From NCBI GenBank assembly GCA_964016885.1, contig OZ024758.1:20770001-20834000 (forward strand): a stretch of DNA of 64,000 nucleotides, read 5' to 3'. This DNA comes from Eledone cirrhosa. Taxonomy: Eukaryota. Numbering within the stretch: the stretch's first letter is position 1; each line of letters opens with the position of its first letter. The notes below the pieces were generated by a model that searched no databases, had not been told where the DNA came from, and saw only the letters and a program-made list of their open reading frames with translations. This document shows, piece after piece, positions 27,060 through 40,615 of the stretch. The translations under genes were made by a program, and so were the position numbers.

Positions 27060-28300
27060 TTCTGTTGTCGTCTGCAATATATAGTGAATTTAAAGCAAAT
27101 AAACTGACCTCTCTTGTCTTCCGTATATTAACTATCCAATGAAGTTTACATTATTCCATTAAATCTGCTTTCTCTACTGTCAGATGACTTGAGTGGTTTA
27201 ACTTCCTGAAATTTGTCTTAAGACTCTGTGTACTATGTTAAGTGCACTTCCTTATATTCCCGACCCGGGCTTTGCTAACAAACTCTCCACTTATATTCTA
27301 AGAATTAGTATGACATATGAACAATTCATAGGTAAAAGAGGCTAACTAAGAGTTAGGTAAATACCTACATAAATTAAAGTCGAGTGATTTGTTTTCTTTT
27401 TACCATGAAACATGAAATTTCTATCACCTACTTGTATAAGCATCATGAAGGTATAACCATCTTTTGTGTAACACATCAACATATCTTGGCTCGCAAAAGT
27501 ATTGCTGTGAGGATAGAAGAGAGAGGAAGGAAGACACAACCTTAGACCTGGCCCGAAATGTTTGCAATAAAATATACTCCAGTAAAGGCAAACAAATGCT
27601 ATGTGATATTGGGTGCCTAATTACGTCTACCACAACCCCACCCTCCCAACAAACACACGTGTCTTACAGGCGTTGAGTATTCAATAAACCAAAGAGGTGT
27701 TATTTCTCCTGACAGCTATATTCAATGCGACGTATCGAACATTTCACCTAGCATTGTGGTAATTCTTTATATTATATCCTCTCTTGGTGTACTTCATCAT
27801 CTGGCTGTTACTATCATTTTCATCTGTCGATAATCCTCTGTATTGTTACATCCCATTGACGCTTGTTAGAACGCAAGGTGCTTAACATTTTTCCATATAC
27901 CAGGATGATTTCAGATGTAATTCATTTTATTCCAAATATGTTGATTCAAGTGATGCTTTTCATTGCCCAGTGTATCGTACATCGGAATATTATTGGGTTT
28001 ATTTCATCTGGCCTTGTAGTCTTTAATCGGTCTTTATCTATGAACAAGCGGTTGTTGATATGTTCTTTGAATCAGTCGCCCCATCCCGTTTTAATTATGA
28101 TAACTCCATTTAAAAGATTTCCCTCATATTGATTTCTGATTGCTGATTGATACTCTGTATCTTCCAGGAAATTCACGCACTTTAGTAATCTCGAATTTAA
28201 TTACATTTAACCTCTTTCCATATTCCTTCCAGGATTAATATTTGTCCCATCTCACAACCTGCTAACAATCACGTATATTTGGTGTATTGCTCTACAAACT
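27060..28300 (-). mobile_element. Highly degraded Penelope-like element (RT thumb to GIY-YIG)
   Basis: Frameshifted remnants in the expected order: IKFEIT..VNFL (~28150-28205), CLPLLE (~27590), KRWLYLH, NHSTL, KW/SKAR..RKC (~27240-27295). Confidence 0.5.
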
Positions 28301-28930
28301 TTCATATTAACCACGGTTTATATAATTGAATTGTTTTTTTTGTATTTTTCTTTGTTTTTGTGGTTGAGTTGTATATGTGTGTGTTCGGTATTTTGTACGT
28401 AGGCTTTAGTTAGTATTTATGTTAAAATATTCTGAAACAAATCTTGCAGGTGGTTATGCCTGTTTTTCAAGATATATCTGCTACGTTGTCTTCAGAATGG
28501 AAACATTTTATGTATTTCATAAAACATGGATAATAAAGATACAAGCAATAATATAGACACCAGAATTTAATATTCAACCAAACGTGAACTCACAAATATA
28601 CATTGAATAGCTGGGGTTTCGTATACTAAATACATATTCGAGTAGTATACAATACAAATGGTACATAGATGATGAAAAATTGGGTGTAAAGTAGAGAAAA
28701 CACAGAGCTACCTTAATAGGGTAAACACGTATTCGCCATTTGATATATCATATCACTGCTGTAAGAATGGTTATAGGTGTTAATAGAGCTTTTAATCTTA
28801 CAAAGAATATAATCTTACTAAGAATACAAAGAATATAATCTCAAATACGTATGATGTAGCTGGCTATCTGCTTTCATCATATGATGTTGGACATATATAG
28901 ATATATAAAAAGTACATGATAATATGAAAA

Positions 28931-29059
28931 GTCAGTCAATCGTGTTGATGACCTCCGCACAATCCCGGCAGACAGAACGGAGAAGGTTTTTCCCCGGAGG
29001 ATGTCAAGGGAGACGCGCTGGAAGAGCCATTCCAACTCGCGAGTCTCACACGAGCGCCT
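28931..29059. repeat. Second copy (inverted) of the GC-rich repeat
   Basis: Reverse complement aligns with 4886-5032 with a ~17-bp gap. Confidence 0.7.
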
Positions 29060-29179
29060 AGAGATGACCCGAAAAGAAACATTTTGGAAACAAGGAACTA
29101 CTCACATCTAGAATACAGAAAGTGTACACATAAGCAGTATCTCTGTTTCCTAGGAATAATTGAAACAGTTGAAAACGAA

Positions 29180-29181
29180 TA

Positions 29182-29214
<33 letters not shown>

Positions 29215-29374
29215 CGATCTACACACACACACATGCGCACACACGCATATATATATAAATGTGTATATGAATATATTTATATAAATAAATATATATATAT
29301 ATACATATATATACATATATATAAACATATATATAATTATATATATATATATATAAATATATAAATTTATATAA

Positions 29375-29432
<58 letters not shown>

Positions 29433-29455
29433 TATATATAAGATATATATATAAT

Positions 29456-29503
<48 letters not shown>
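29180..29503. repeat. (CA)n/(TA)n microsatellite
   Basis: Direct inspection. Confidence 0.93.
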
Positions 29504-29504
29504 G

Positions 29505-29700
29505 TATGACTCCGACGGCAGAGCTCAGGCCGTTTCGACGGCTATTTCTGGACTATAGCAGTCCAGAAATAGCCGTCGAAACGGCTTGAGCTCTGTCGCT
29601 GGGGTATGCTTTTTCCTATTTCCCACTCTACTACCCTAAGTATTGAGTACTCTGGTGCGTTTTTGGTCTATATGGTTCATTACCACAAATCCTTTGTTAT
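29505..29700 (+). mobile_element. Family A fold-back element
   Basis: Palindrome centred near 29557, same GAAACGGCTTGAGCTC motif and same tail as 999-1297; adjoins (TA)n. Confidence 0.75.
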
Positions 29701-29729
29701 ATGAATATATATAAATATGACATATATAT

Positions 29730-29846
29730 ATCTAAATATAACACATACAGTGTATATATATTGTTTTCTATGTTATATATATATATATATGTGTGTGTGT
29801 GTTATATATATATATATGTGTGTGTGTTATATATATATATAACACG

Positions 29847-29887
<41 letters not shown>

Positions 29888-29930
29888 CATAGAAACAAAT
29901 ATATATACACTGTATGTGTTATATTTAGAT
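29730..29930. repeat. Local inverted duplication (~50-bp arms) across a (TA)/(TG) tract
   Basis: atctaaatataacacatacagtgtatata... mirrored at 29881-29930. Confidence 0.8.
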
Positions 29931-30492
29931 TATTTTCAATGCAATAACATCAATAGATATCACTAAGCATATCTAAGTGCACAGACTATTCTGTAAGAGA
30001 GAAATATAGTAAGAATAATGAAAAAAATATATTTGAAATATTTCAGTATGTGTGACGTGACAGTATCATATACTTTAAGAATTATGTCGGCAACTATAAA
30101 TTGTGAAAAAAAATATATGTTTTTATATATATATGGACTAGAAGATTATTAAAGAATAACAAAAAGAAATTACATGAAAAAGGTCAATGTACACGAAGAG
30201 CTAGATACGACTAATACAGTTGTCTATGAGGAACCATACAAAGATTTAATATAAAAAATAAAATAAATATATTTAGATCAAATAACTATAAATGGAAACC
30301 AACACTGTGCTTTATAAAACATTGAATACAAACTTTAGAAATGAAAGAATTTTACATAATTACGTTTCACCTTGATCATATAGTGCTTCATGCTTGTCAA
30401 AACCAACACACTCTCTCTCTCTGTCTATATATCTATCTATCTATCTATCTATTTATCTCGCTCTATCTATCTCCCTTGCTATCTCTCTATGA

Positions 30493-30535
<43 letters not shown>

Positions 30536-30758
30536 GTGTGTGTGATGGGTGTGTTTCTGGCTGTGTGCATGTGTCCTAGATTTCAAAATATTTGACAAGT
30601 AGCAAAATATTCTATGGCAACTATATTCTTTTCAAATAGAAACGGCTTTGTGTTCAAGGTTTATAAAACAAACAGCTGAATTCATTTTGTGCGATTCCAT
30701 ATATTCTTATATTTGCGTATATATAATATATAAATAAACATACACGGACACATACACA

Positions 30759-30829
<71 letters not shown>

Positions 30830-31545
30830 GTGTATGTGTGTGGGTGTGTGTTCGTGTGCGTGTGAGCGTGTGTAACTGTTTACGGGCGAATAAAAATCCC
30901 ATAAGAATTCTATCTACTAGTATTATTTTGGCTTACGACTCTGGAGAATTATTTCTTCCCATGTTGCCATTCTCAATTCCCTCTTGGTCACACGGAGACG
31001 GAAAATATACTTATATCTTAGCTTTGGTTATTGATTATCAGATTAAGTCTTAATCTTCTTACATGCTGTCAAATTGTATCTTTATTTCACTTCTTAGATT
31101 TCATTTAAACGCCGAGAAAATATTTGTTTCAAGTGACGAACGAATATTTCTGATTTCATTATAGACAAGTTTATGTTATTTAAACTTGCTAAAAATAAAT
31201 AAAACGTAAATATCTTCAAACGATAAAAGTTTATGCTTCTATAATCGCATGAGCTAGCACATTGTACCGTTTGAATTAAAATGATAAAGCTGTAGAGAAT
31301 GAACAAATAAAAATTAATAAATAACGAAACTGCTCTGAAAAGCAAATATGGTATACAATAAGGTGAGAAACTCTAAACTTTACGTTGTCTTTAAAGTTTA
31401 ATAATCACATGACAAATAAGACACTAAGATCGTTTAACACAATCTTCATATCTTTTTTTATTTGAATAAGGAATTGGATAGTAGAACATGTTCTTCGTGG
31501 AATCAAAGAAATGCTTGGGAAATGTCTACAAACGTTGTATTATTG

Positions 31546-31731
31546 TGGATTGGCATTATCGGTAGAGGGTCGGACGCCATGCTTTCCAGCATAGTTACGT
31601 CCCTTTACGATCTGAGTTCAAATCCCGCCGAGGTTGACTTTCCCCTTCATCCTTACGGTGTCGATAAAATAAAGTACCAGTAATGCACTGGGAAATTGCT
31701 GGTCGTGTGCCTAAAGTACAAACAATTATTA
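31546..31731 (+). mobile_element. SINE family 1
   Basis: Colinear match to 1453-1650. Confidence 0.87.
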
Positions 31732-32588
31732 ATATTATATCATACACACCATAAAATATACATGATAGAGAAAAGAAAATATAATGTAAATCTAAATAAA
31801 TGTATATGAGGGCGAGATTTACGCGGTGGTTCTATTAATAATTCCAGAGGAAATATATATGATTACCTAGCGCTGACGCTATCCTAAATATCAGCAGATG
31901 TGTTTCATATTGAAACACTTCAGTTGTGAGATATCCACGTCAATGTTTCTCTTGGTGTCGTAGTAGGTTCTTTTGCATGGGGTCAATTTTGATCGAGCAG
32001 ACGTATCACGAAAGTTATTTCAAACAAGACTCCCACATTTGCTATACGATAGGTGAAGGACAACATTAGGCAGGGGACTTTCTATTATTTTTTACAAGAG
32101 CGTCTAATTTTGCGAGAAGTATTTCTGCTATTGTCAACAAGCAAGAGGTGGTGGGGTCTCTCGTTGTCTCAACTAGTCTATTGTGTTATAAATATCCATG
32201 GGACCTTTTCATAAAATCAGCCTTGCCTGTTAAATGTTGAAATTATATTAAAAGACATAATATATATTGCTAAATCTGTGTTCAGTCACGTTGTATCGCG
32301 TATAAGGCAGGTTAACAACTAACACATATATGTTGAAAGGATATCTTATCGAATAAACTGCATTACAAAACATGGCCTTCTTCCAGAGACGCAATACTAA
32401 CCTTATGCAAATTTAAATTTGGAAGAAAAGTGGAATATAATTTATACACCTGCCAGCGGATTACTGCTCGAAATCCAGGTGTACAATGCTGCATCCAGAG
32501 AAATTATTTTCGAGTAATAACACACCAGCACAGCTGACCCAAAAATGTAGCTTTTATCTCCCTAGAATTGTGCCTCCTCTCTTTAGAT

Positions 32589-32920
32589 CAGTGTTTCTCA
32601 ACCTTTTTACCCTTGTGGAACGCTTGAAAGAGGTTCATGTCTCAGGGAACCCCTACATAAACATTATTATATAACATTATTAATATCTATCTCTTATGTT
32701 GACCTAGTTTGAAATAATATAAGAGGTTGAAGCCTTTCTTAAAATAAACAAGGATATTCCGACAATATGCCGTAAATGCATAGTAAAATTACGAATATAA
32801 AATTAAACAAAAATTTATTTTAAGAAATACATTAGTTTATTTATCACTGGTTCTCGCGGAACCACTAGCGACCTCTTGCGGAATCCTAGGATTCCGGGAA
32901 ACACCGGTTGAGAAACGCTG
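32589..32920. mobile_element. hAT (Buster/Charlie-type) MITE, 332 bp
   Basis: TIRs CAGTGTTTCTCAACC / GGTTGAGAAACGCTG; 8-bp TSD CTTTAGAT / CTTTAGAC with central TA. Confidence 0.9.
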
Positions 32921-34039
32921 CTTTAGACACATAAAAAAAATGTTCCTTTTCTGACGGTCATATTATATCCACGTGATATTTCGCACTAGATAATTCGCTT
33001 AATAACTTTTTCCCAATATATCGACCCACCTTGAACGTTCATACTGTTAATGGCTGTATTTCATTCCTGTTAATGTGTACTACCGTCTTTTCAAGAGAAA
33101 CATTAACAACGTCCTTGCCATTATGAAAATAAGAACAGAGTAGAACAAAATATGAAAGCCATCATTCAATCCCAGCGTTTTGTGTAGGGCAAATAATGGC
33201 AGATACAAAATATATATTTCAATTCATCCAACAAATGTGGCCTGATTATAGGAGTTCACAAATTTGCATCATCCGATAGTTCACTCAGACATGTAGACAA
33301 CATATGTACATGTGGGTAATTCTGAATATCTACAGAAATATTCGTAAATGATTAATCGGAATATGATCACTTACAGACATTTGCAATTCATGTTTGGAAA
33401 AGATATATAAGTTTCATATATTTTGACATCAATATTCGTTCATAAAATGCCAACGTACAAAGGTAAGCCGATTTTTGCTATGGTTAATCGACAAGTAAAT
33501 ATAGCTATATTTCTTATGCAATTCTTATGACATGTCACGTTGACATCATATTCTTGACACATTCAAGTTGGTATTGAACATTATGGATTCGTCGCTGCAG
33601 AAACCATTTTTTTCCTGCTCGGCTAAAAAGACAGCTTGATTTATTTGCCAGTATATATTATATATGTGAAGCACAATGTCAGTTATATTTTTTTAGCTAA
33701 GGTCAGCACCATATAGATAACTTCTCCCCTTCCATTTGTATGTAAAGATAAGCCATGGTTGCGTTAGGCGAAATATTGGTCTTTAATATTGTAGGTTTCG
33801 TTTGGGAGAAATTTAAATGATGTATTGAATTGAGAAACTATGAATAAGTTTCCATCGTAAATTTAAGTGACGCGGATTTTAGGTGGTTTGTCTACGCCAA
33901 GGAAATTACATAAGCTGCAAGCTAGCTTATTAATGTTATATAATACATGTCTTATATATCTTGCCAAAAAAAGGTACACACAATATATATATATATATAT
34001 ATAGAACCTACATTCTGGCTACGAAGGTTCGGTAGTATT

Positions 34040-34108
<69 letters not shown>

Positions 34109-35215
34109 TATTAACAATATTAATAAATGGAAAATATATTTACAAAACCATATTTATTTTATTATACGTATTTCAAGGGTAATGATATTTAAGTACGCTT
34201 TCATCAGATGCACTATAATATTTGGTATTAAGATAATGAGATATCTTCATGTGAACTTAATGGTATGAGATCAATGAAGACAGTTATTGTTATTCAATAC
34301 TACCGAGTATTCTTACCTAAAATGTAGGCTTTCTGAAATTCTGTCTCCTACATTTTTACCTGTCCTGTAGCTGCAACAATATTTAGTTCTCTTTTTAACA
34401 CCCTCGAGATTATGAGAATACAACGCATTTAACCGGATTAACTTTCAGCGGATAAGCTGTCTTGATGTAAGGCTTAAAAATATCGTTTTATATCATTTAT
34501 ATTGTAAGATGCAAATGGCATTAAATTGTAATATATTTTTCCTCATATCTAAGTATGAGTATATGAATTTGAAAACAACATTATTGATTAAATTTTCGAC
34601 AATAAAATGTTACAGTATCTTTTTTCTAATTATTATGAAATTACATTTTTATTAGAGTATGTTAAAGCAGGCATGCCATTTAAATTTACTGCTTAACTCC
34701 ATCATAATCCGTTTGTTTTATTGTCAATACACCTATAACCCTATATTAAATTATCCTAATATTTTACGCTGTTTTCATTCTACATTCCCATATAATCCAT
34801 GCGTAATTTGCCTATATTACCCCTCACGCAAACCGAATATATTTCATTGTAAATTATTGAATCGATACGATCACCGATATAATTTTTTCATAGTTGATAT
34901 TGTGCCAAATCAAAACAGCTTCATGTAAACCTCAACTCCAAAAAGAAATATATCACCATAAGAAGGATTAATATCGGAGAAATATTACATTTCTGATTAT
35001 GCTATTGTTTCTTCTTTCAACTACCTTTGAATTTCAACATCATCTGCAATTGATACGAGTAGTACATCAATAGTTTGTAATACTATTTAGAGCAATCTCA
35101 TATATCATTCATATGACGTTATGACAGAATTATAACGGCAAGCATTTTGTGCAACACGACTACTGTCATGTATTTGAACAGATTCAGTGAATTTAATCTA
35201 AAGTCATGTTCAAGG

Positions 35216-35390
35216 TAATTGTTTCTATTTTTGGCACAAGGCCAGCAATTTATCCAGTGTATTACTGGTACTTTATTTTATCGACCCCGTAAGGATGAAC
35301 GGCAAAGTTAACCTCGGCGGGGTTTGAACTCAGAACACAAAGGGACATAACTCTATACTAGAAAGCATGGCTTCCGACCATCTACCGATA
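35216..35390 (-). mobile_element. SINE family 1
   Basis: Reverse-complement match. Confidence 0.86.
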
Positions 35391-36286
35391 CATGCTTCGG
35401 ATTCACATCAGGGCTTGCTTGAATGTGAGGTTAAGATATTAATGTCGAAAAGAATGATAGTAGAATAGCGATTCCGGTTTAAATGGCATGTGTACATTAC
35501 TTTCAAATTTATAGTAACAATTATTTTGAATTGATTATGATTATTTGGAATTTATTATTGATTATAGAATTGATATCTGATATTTCGTAATGTCAAGTTT
35601 TGTCTCACATTCTCTGGAAGACAGACACCAAACAATCATTTATAAATATGCATACTTTGAACAGTTTTGACACCTTTATCAAGAATTTATAAATCATCTA
35701 AAGAGCTTATTTAACCTCAACGTTCGTATGTTTATCGAAAGCCCACAATATATTGTTTAAAGCTGAAGAAAAACTCACTGCATGAAAGACAACATCAGTA
35801 TGGCATCTATTTGAAATACGACTCTATATTGCACAGTCCATTAACTTCAATACAAAATTTGCTACTTCTTTAAAAACAAACAAAATGTAAATGTATATAT
35901 AAAATTGAAGAAGCAAACACGAGAAAAAAAAAAATAGAAAACGTATGGAAATCAATAGTTAGGCGTGAAAAGATAATTACCCGCTGTCTCTTCATTAAAA
36001 AGACCTTTATATATGAACATTGTTAAATTAATGAAATGTAAATTAGAATTATTGAGGCGTAATATTTCCAACCAGAATTGGACAAGAGGAATAGAATACA
36101 AAAGGAAATAAATACCTGGCGCTTATTTCAAAATTGTATACAACACTTCCAAATTCACGCACAATAATTAACAATTTCGGAAATAGGTGATATTATATTT
36201 TCTGAATTCTAAAATAAGTTAATTTTAGAGGAAAAGAAACGAAAAGAAACAAACCAGAGCGTTTATCCTAATTCCGTTTCGAAATT

Positions 36287-36363
<77 letters not shown>

Positions 36364-36734
36364 GAACCTAGCAAATGTTCACCTCTAAATAGTATATTGA
36401 TATTCTTTTCAACATGGAAGCATGCATAAATTTACACACGCATTGATGTGTAGATATGTGTTGATACAGACAAACACACACACATACACAAACACACAGA
36501 CACACGTACATATACACAGACACATATATATATATATATATATATAAACATATTATGCATTATATCACGTTACACATATATTATATACGCTACTTCAAGC
36601 AGAATATAACATTTTAATATTATATATATAATATTTATATAATATTTATCTATCTATCAGTGTCCCTACAATATATATATATATACAATATATATATATA
36701 TATATATATATAGTGAAAGGGGTGTAGGGAGAGA

Positions 36735-36890
36735 CTGATAGGTAGATATATAGATATATAGATATATTTATAGATAGATATATAGATACATAGATAGGTA
36801 TATAGATACATAGATATGTTTCTTTATTATTTATTTATTTAAATACATAGATAGATATATAGCTATATAGATACATAGATATATAGATAA
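36735..36890. repeat. Degenerate (GATA)n microsatellite on the 3' flank of the Tx1 element
   Basis: tagata/tagatata/tagataca units seen directly. Confidence 0.85.
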
Positions 36891-37153
36891 GTTTCTTTTA
36901 TTTGCCACTAGGGCATCAAAAGTGGGACAAGTACAAAGGGGGGAGTTTACACAAAAAGGCGTCCTCAATAAGGAGGAGGCAATAACAAAATATAAAAATA
37001 AAATAAGATATAACAAAAAATAAAATTTTTAACAAAATCCTCAATAGAGAGGAGGCGCCTTGGGGGGTCGCACACACCCCCGAAAAAAGTGTGCAACCCT
37101 TTTCCTCAGGAGCACAGAGAGGGGGTGCACCCTCGTTCCTTCCTCTTTTCCAC

Positions 37154-40100
37154 CTACAGGCTTATGTAAAGAGAAGGCCCATTCACACGGGCTATTCTCG
37201 CCACTTTCACCCACCTTTCATAAAAACGACTGGGGTGCAGCACCTCTCTCTCCATCCTGATCCTTCTTCCGAAATGATATCGGAAGAAACGGACCAGTTG
37301 TTGGCCAGAGAGAAAGGTGCCTGACCTCAGTCCTTTCAGACGCGTCCACCATACAACCTCTTTCGCCATGGCTATTACGCACAGAAACACCGCCTCTGCT
37401 TCATCTTTGAAGGGGGGAGGCGGCTTGATCATTACAATAGACTCGGTGGTCAACCGGATCGGTCCCACCCTTGACAGCAGTTGTTCGACATAGCCCCACA
37501 GATCGGCTACGCCCGAGCAGTGTACCAATGCGTGTGCAACGGTTTCCTCGTCGCACACGCATCTGGGACAGATCTTTTTGGCGGGGTCCCTACCCGGGCG
37601 CCCGTGTCTGTAGAGCCTTTCTCGAACGGGTAAAGCCCCTCGGTAGCACTGCCAGGCCAGGGACTTCTGGAAGTTGTCCATAGGTCCCGGGCTGAATGTC
37701 CTACCGAACAGGCTGGCCAGTTCGTCCTCCTCCATGTCTAGGGCTTCTCCGAGGGCGTCGTCGCACCTGCTGCGTACCAGCCCTCTATAGAATGTTGCGG
37801 TGGAGTCTCCACTGATAACCGGATCCGCCTGCCAGAGGGCGGTGAGCGCCTGGGCACACTCAGTGTGCCAGGCGCCCAGTTTTCTCGGTCTTTGCTTGAC
37901 CCAGGATTGCAGCTCGGTGAGTGAGACGAGTCTGGGAAAGGTTCGTCTCACAAACGAGGCCCACACCGGTTGTCCGGTGAGGAATACGTAGAGGTGCCGT
38001 AGCCTTAATGCGTGTTTACGCATCATTAGCCACGGCATCCCCAGCCCTCCTTTCGAAGGGTGTTGACAGCAGATGGATCTCCTCACCATAGGAGCCCGCC
38101 TCTTCCAAAGGAATTGGAAGAGCGCGCGCTCCATCTTGGTGAGGGTTTCCCTTGGGCAGGGCACTACGGTCAGGCGGTAGTAGATGACGGACGCTATATA
38201 AGTGTTCGCCACCTCCGCCCGACCTTTCAGGGATAGTTTGCAACTGGCCCACTTCTGGGTCAGTGCAAACACCCTGTTCGTAACCTCCGCCCAGTTTTTC
38301 TCCACCTGGAGGTCCGGTCCGAACCAGACCCCGAGCAACTTCACCGGGCCCTCCGTCCAGCGTCCGACGACGCCATCAGAGGGCATCGGTCTGCCCCTCC
38401 ACGTGCCGAGTTGCAAACCGATCGACTTGTCCCGGTTCAGCTTAGCCCCTGTGAACTTTTCGTACTCCTCCAGTAAGGTGCCGACCGCCTCGATTTCGGA
38501 GGCCGTCGACACCATTACTGTCACATCATCGGCGTAGGCTGACACCGCTTTCCGCAATCCCGGTTCCAAAGGGATGCCCTGCAACAACTCCAACTTCCGC
38601 AGTAGTGGCTCGAGAGTCAACACATACAGAAGGGAGGAGAGAGGGCACCCTTGTCGGATGGACCGCGCGATTTTGAACGGCTCCGAGAGGTAGCCGTTCA
38701 CCTTGACCCTAGAGCAGATGCGGCTGCTGTGCATAGCAGTGATCCAGCCCCTGAAAACGGGTCCGAAGCCTGCCGCCGCTAGCACCGCATCCAGGTAACC
38801 ATGGTCGACCCTATCGAACGCCTTAGATTGATCCAAGTTGATCAGAGCCCCACCAAAGCCGGGTTCGTTCCCAACCCTCTCTATGATGTATCGCATGAGG
38901 TGGAGGTTGTCATGGATGGACCTGGACGGGATAGCGCATGTCTGCGCATCTCCCACCAGGTTGCCCACGACAAGCGCCAACCTCTTTGCTAGCACCTTGG
39001 CCAAAATCTGTAACTCTGTATTTAGCAGAGTTATGGGCCTGAAGTTACTTATTTCGTCCCCCTTGTTCTCGTCCTTCCTCACTAGCGTGACTACGCCCTT
39101 GGTCACAGTACAGGGAATTCTCCCGTTCTGTTGCCAGTTGCAGTAGACCGCCTCGAGGAGATCGGGGAACAAGTCCGGCATAGCTAGATATAATTCGTAA
39201 GGAAGACCATCGAGACCCGGGGATTTGCGTTTGCCGCATTGGCTCAGCACGTCCTCTATCTCAGCGGCCGAAATCGGCTCCTCGCAGGACTTCGCCTCCC
39301 TGTCCGAGAGGCGCGGCAGGCCGTCGAGGTATGGACCGAAGTCCACGTTCCCAACCGGCTCCCCGCCCCTCCCGAACAGTCGGGCAAAGTGCCTTTGAAA
39401 GGCCTCACACATCTGCTTAGGCTCAAGAATCGCCCGTCCATCCAGGTCTCGCAAAGACCGGATGGTGGATTTAGTTCCACTGTTGGCCTCTGTCACGCGG
39501 GCCCAGCTAACAGCTTTGGCCCCCTCGTTCCCTAGAGCACGTATTTTACTTCGGACAACGCAGCCTTCGTGCTTCGCGTCGAAAAACTGGCTCAAAGCCG
39601 TTCTCGACGCTAGCACTCTGGCCACGTCGCCGCTTCTAATTGCCTCTTCTACTCTATCTATTAGCTCCCTTTCCTTCCTATTCCTATCCGCAGCTAGAAC
39701 CTTACTAAATTCAATCGAGACTACTCTAATCTCTCTCTTTAGAGATACCCACCACCTGCTGTTGACGATCGCTCCAGTCAACCGTTCCTTAACTAACGTA
39801 CTAATCCGATTCCTGTAGGCTCTACTTGCCGGCAAGGACAAGTTGAGCTTCCAGTAACCGGGGCCCTGTCTATGAGTTCTGTCAAGGTTGACCATGCAGG
39901 TCACTAATTTGTGGTCTGAATAGCCAACCATGCGCATTTTTGGACAACTTAAATAGTCCTTATCCTTAATTCTAACTAAGAACCTATCTAGGTACGACCT
40001 AGATGATCCGCTACGATTTGCCCAAGTCCAGGTTGGCGCAGTCGGAAAATCTAGTCGATATCTATCGGCCAGGTCAAATCGACCGATTAACCCTTTGAGG

Positions 40101-40591
40101 CTATTACACCCCTCTCTATCGGGGCAGGCCCCTACGTAGTCCCAGCGTGCATCTAGGATACCATTCCAGTCCCCCACTAATAGCAAGGAGCGGGACGTCC
40201 CTAGAAAAGTCTCCAGACGATGGAAGAAGTCCGGCCGCATTGACCCGAAAGGGCCGTAGGCGGCTACCAACCTAAACGCTCCACCTTTACCACTGCCAAG
40301 GTCCAGAACCACTAGTCGACCCTCCGGGTCCAAATGTACCATCTGTGTTGCGAGACCCAGATGTTTTTGCAGCAGAACGACAACTCCACCCCCGCCTCCG
40401 GGCTGACAGAGAGATGCGTGCATCTCAAAGTCATCAAAGGTGGGGGCCAGCTGTCGCACGTTGCTGATCCGGGCCTCGCAAATAACCATCACATCTATAC
40501 GTTGTGACCTGAGGTCATTTAGAAGCATTGCTTGCTTCCAAGTTGAGCCCAGGCCACGCGCATTTAAACAGCCTACTCTTAGCATAGCCAT
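37154..40591 (-). CDS. ORF2p: apurinic-like endonuclease + reverse transcriptase + C-terminal zinc finger (first ATG at 40591; frame open from 40615)
   Basis: APE motifs CLNARGL, ICEAR, LVGDWN, YLDRFL, YSDHKLV; Tx1/L1 linker GPGYWKLN; RT motifs KSPGLDG, FRPITLLN, LDQSKAFDRV, RQGCPLS, AYADDV (38525-38536); C-terminal CPRCxxxxETVAHALVHC. Confidence 0.97.
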   Translation of the reverse strand: MAMLRVGCLNARGLGSTWKQAMLLNDLRSQRIDVMVICEARISNVRQLAPTFDDFEMHASLCQPGGGGGVVVLLQKHLGLATQMVHLDPEGRLVVLDLGSGKGGAFRLVAAYGPFGSMRPDFFHRLETFLGTSRSLLLVGDWNGILDARWDYVGACPDREGCNSLKGLIGRFDLADRYRLDFPTAPTWTWANRSGSSRSYLDRFLVRIKDKDYLSCPKMRMVGYSDHKLVTCMVNLDRTHRQGPGYWKLNLSLPASRAYRNRISTLVKERLTGAIVNSRWWVSLKREIRVVSIEFSKVLAADRNRKERELIDRVEEAIRSGDVARVLASRTALSQFFDAKHEGCVVRSKIRALGNEGAKAVSWARVTEANSGTKSTIRSLRDLDGRAILEPKQMCEAFQRHFARLFGRGGEPVGNVDFGPYLDGLPRLSDREAKSCEEPISAAEIEDVLSQCGKRKSPGLDGLPYELYLAMPDLFPDLLEAVYCNWQQNGRIPCTVTKGVVTLVRKDENKGDEISNFRPITLLNTELQILAKVLAKRLALVVGNLVGDAQTCAIPSRSIHDNLHLMRYIIERVGNEPGFGGALINLDQSKAFDRVDHGYLDAVLAAAGFGPVFRGWITAMHSSRICSRVKVNGYLSEPFKIARSIRQGCPLSSLLYVLTLEPLLRKLELLQGIPLEPGLRKAVSAYADDVTVMVSTASEIEAVGTLLEEYEKFTGAKLNRDKSIGLQLGTWRGRPMPSDGVVGRWTEGPVKLLGVWFGPDLQVEKNWAEVTNRVFALTQKWASCKLSLKGRAEVANTYIASVIYYRLTVVPCPRETLTKMERALFQFLWKRRAPMVRRSICCQHPSKGGLGMPWLMMRKHALRLRHLYVFLTGQPVWASFVRRTFPRLVSLTELQSWVKQRPRKLGAWHTECAQALTALWQADPVISGDSTATFYRGLVRSRCDDALGEALDMEEDELASLFGRTFSPGPMDNFQKSLAWQCYRGALPVRERLYRHGRPGRDPAKKICPRCVCDEETVAHALVHCSGVADLWGYVEQLLSRVGPIRLTTESIVMIKPPPPFKDEAEAVFLCVIAMAKEVVWWTRLKGLRSGTFLSGQQLVRFFRYHFGRRIRMEREVLHPSRFYERWVKVARIARVNGPSLYISL

Positions 40592-40615
40592 GTTGGTAGT
40601 GAAGAGAAAAGGCAC

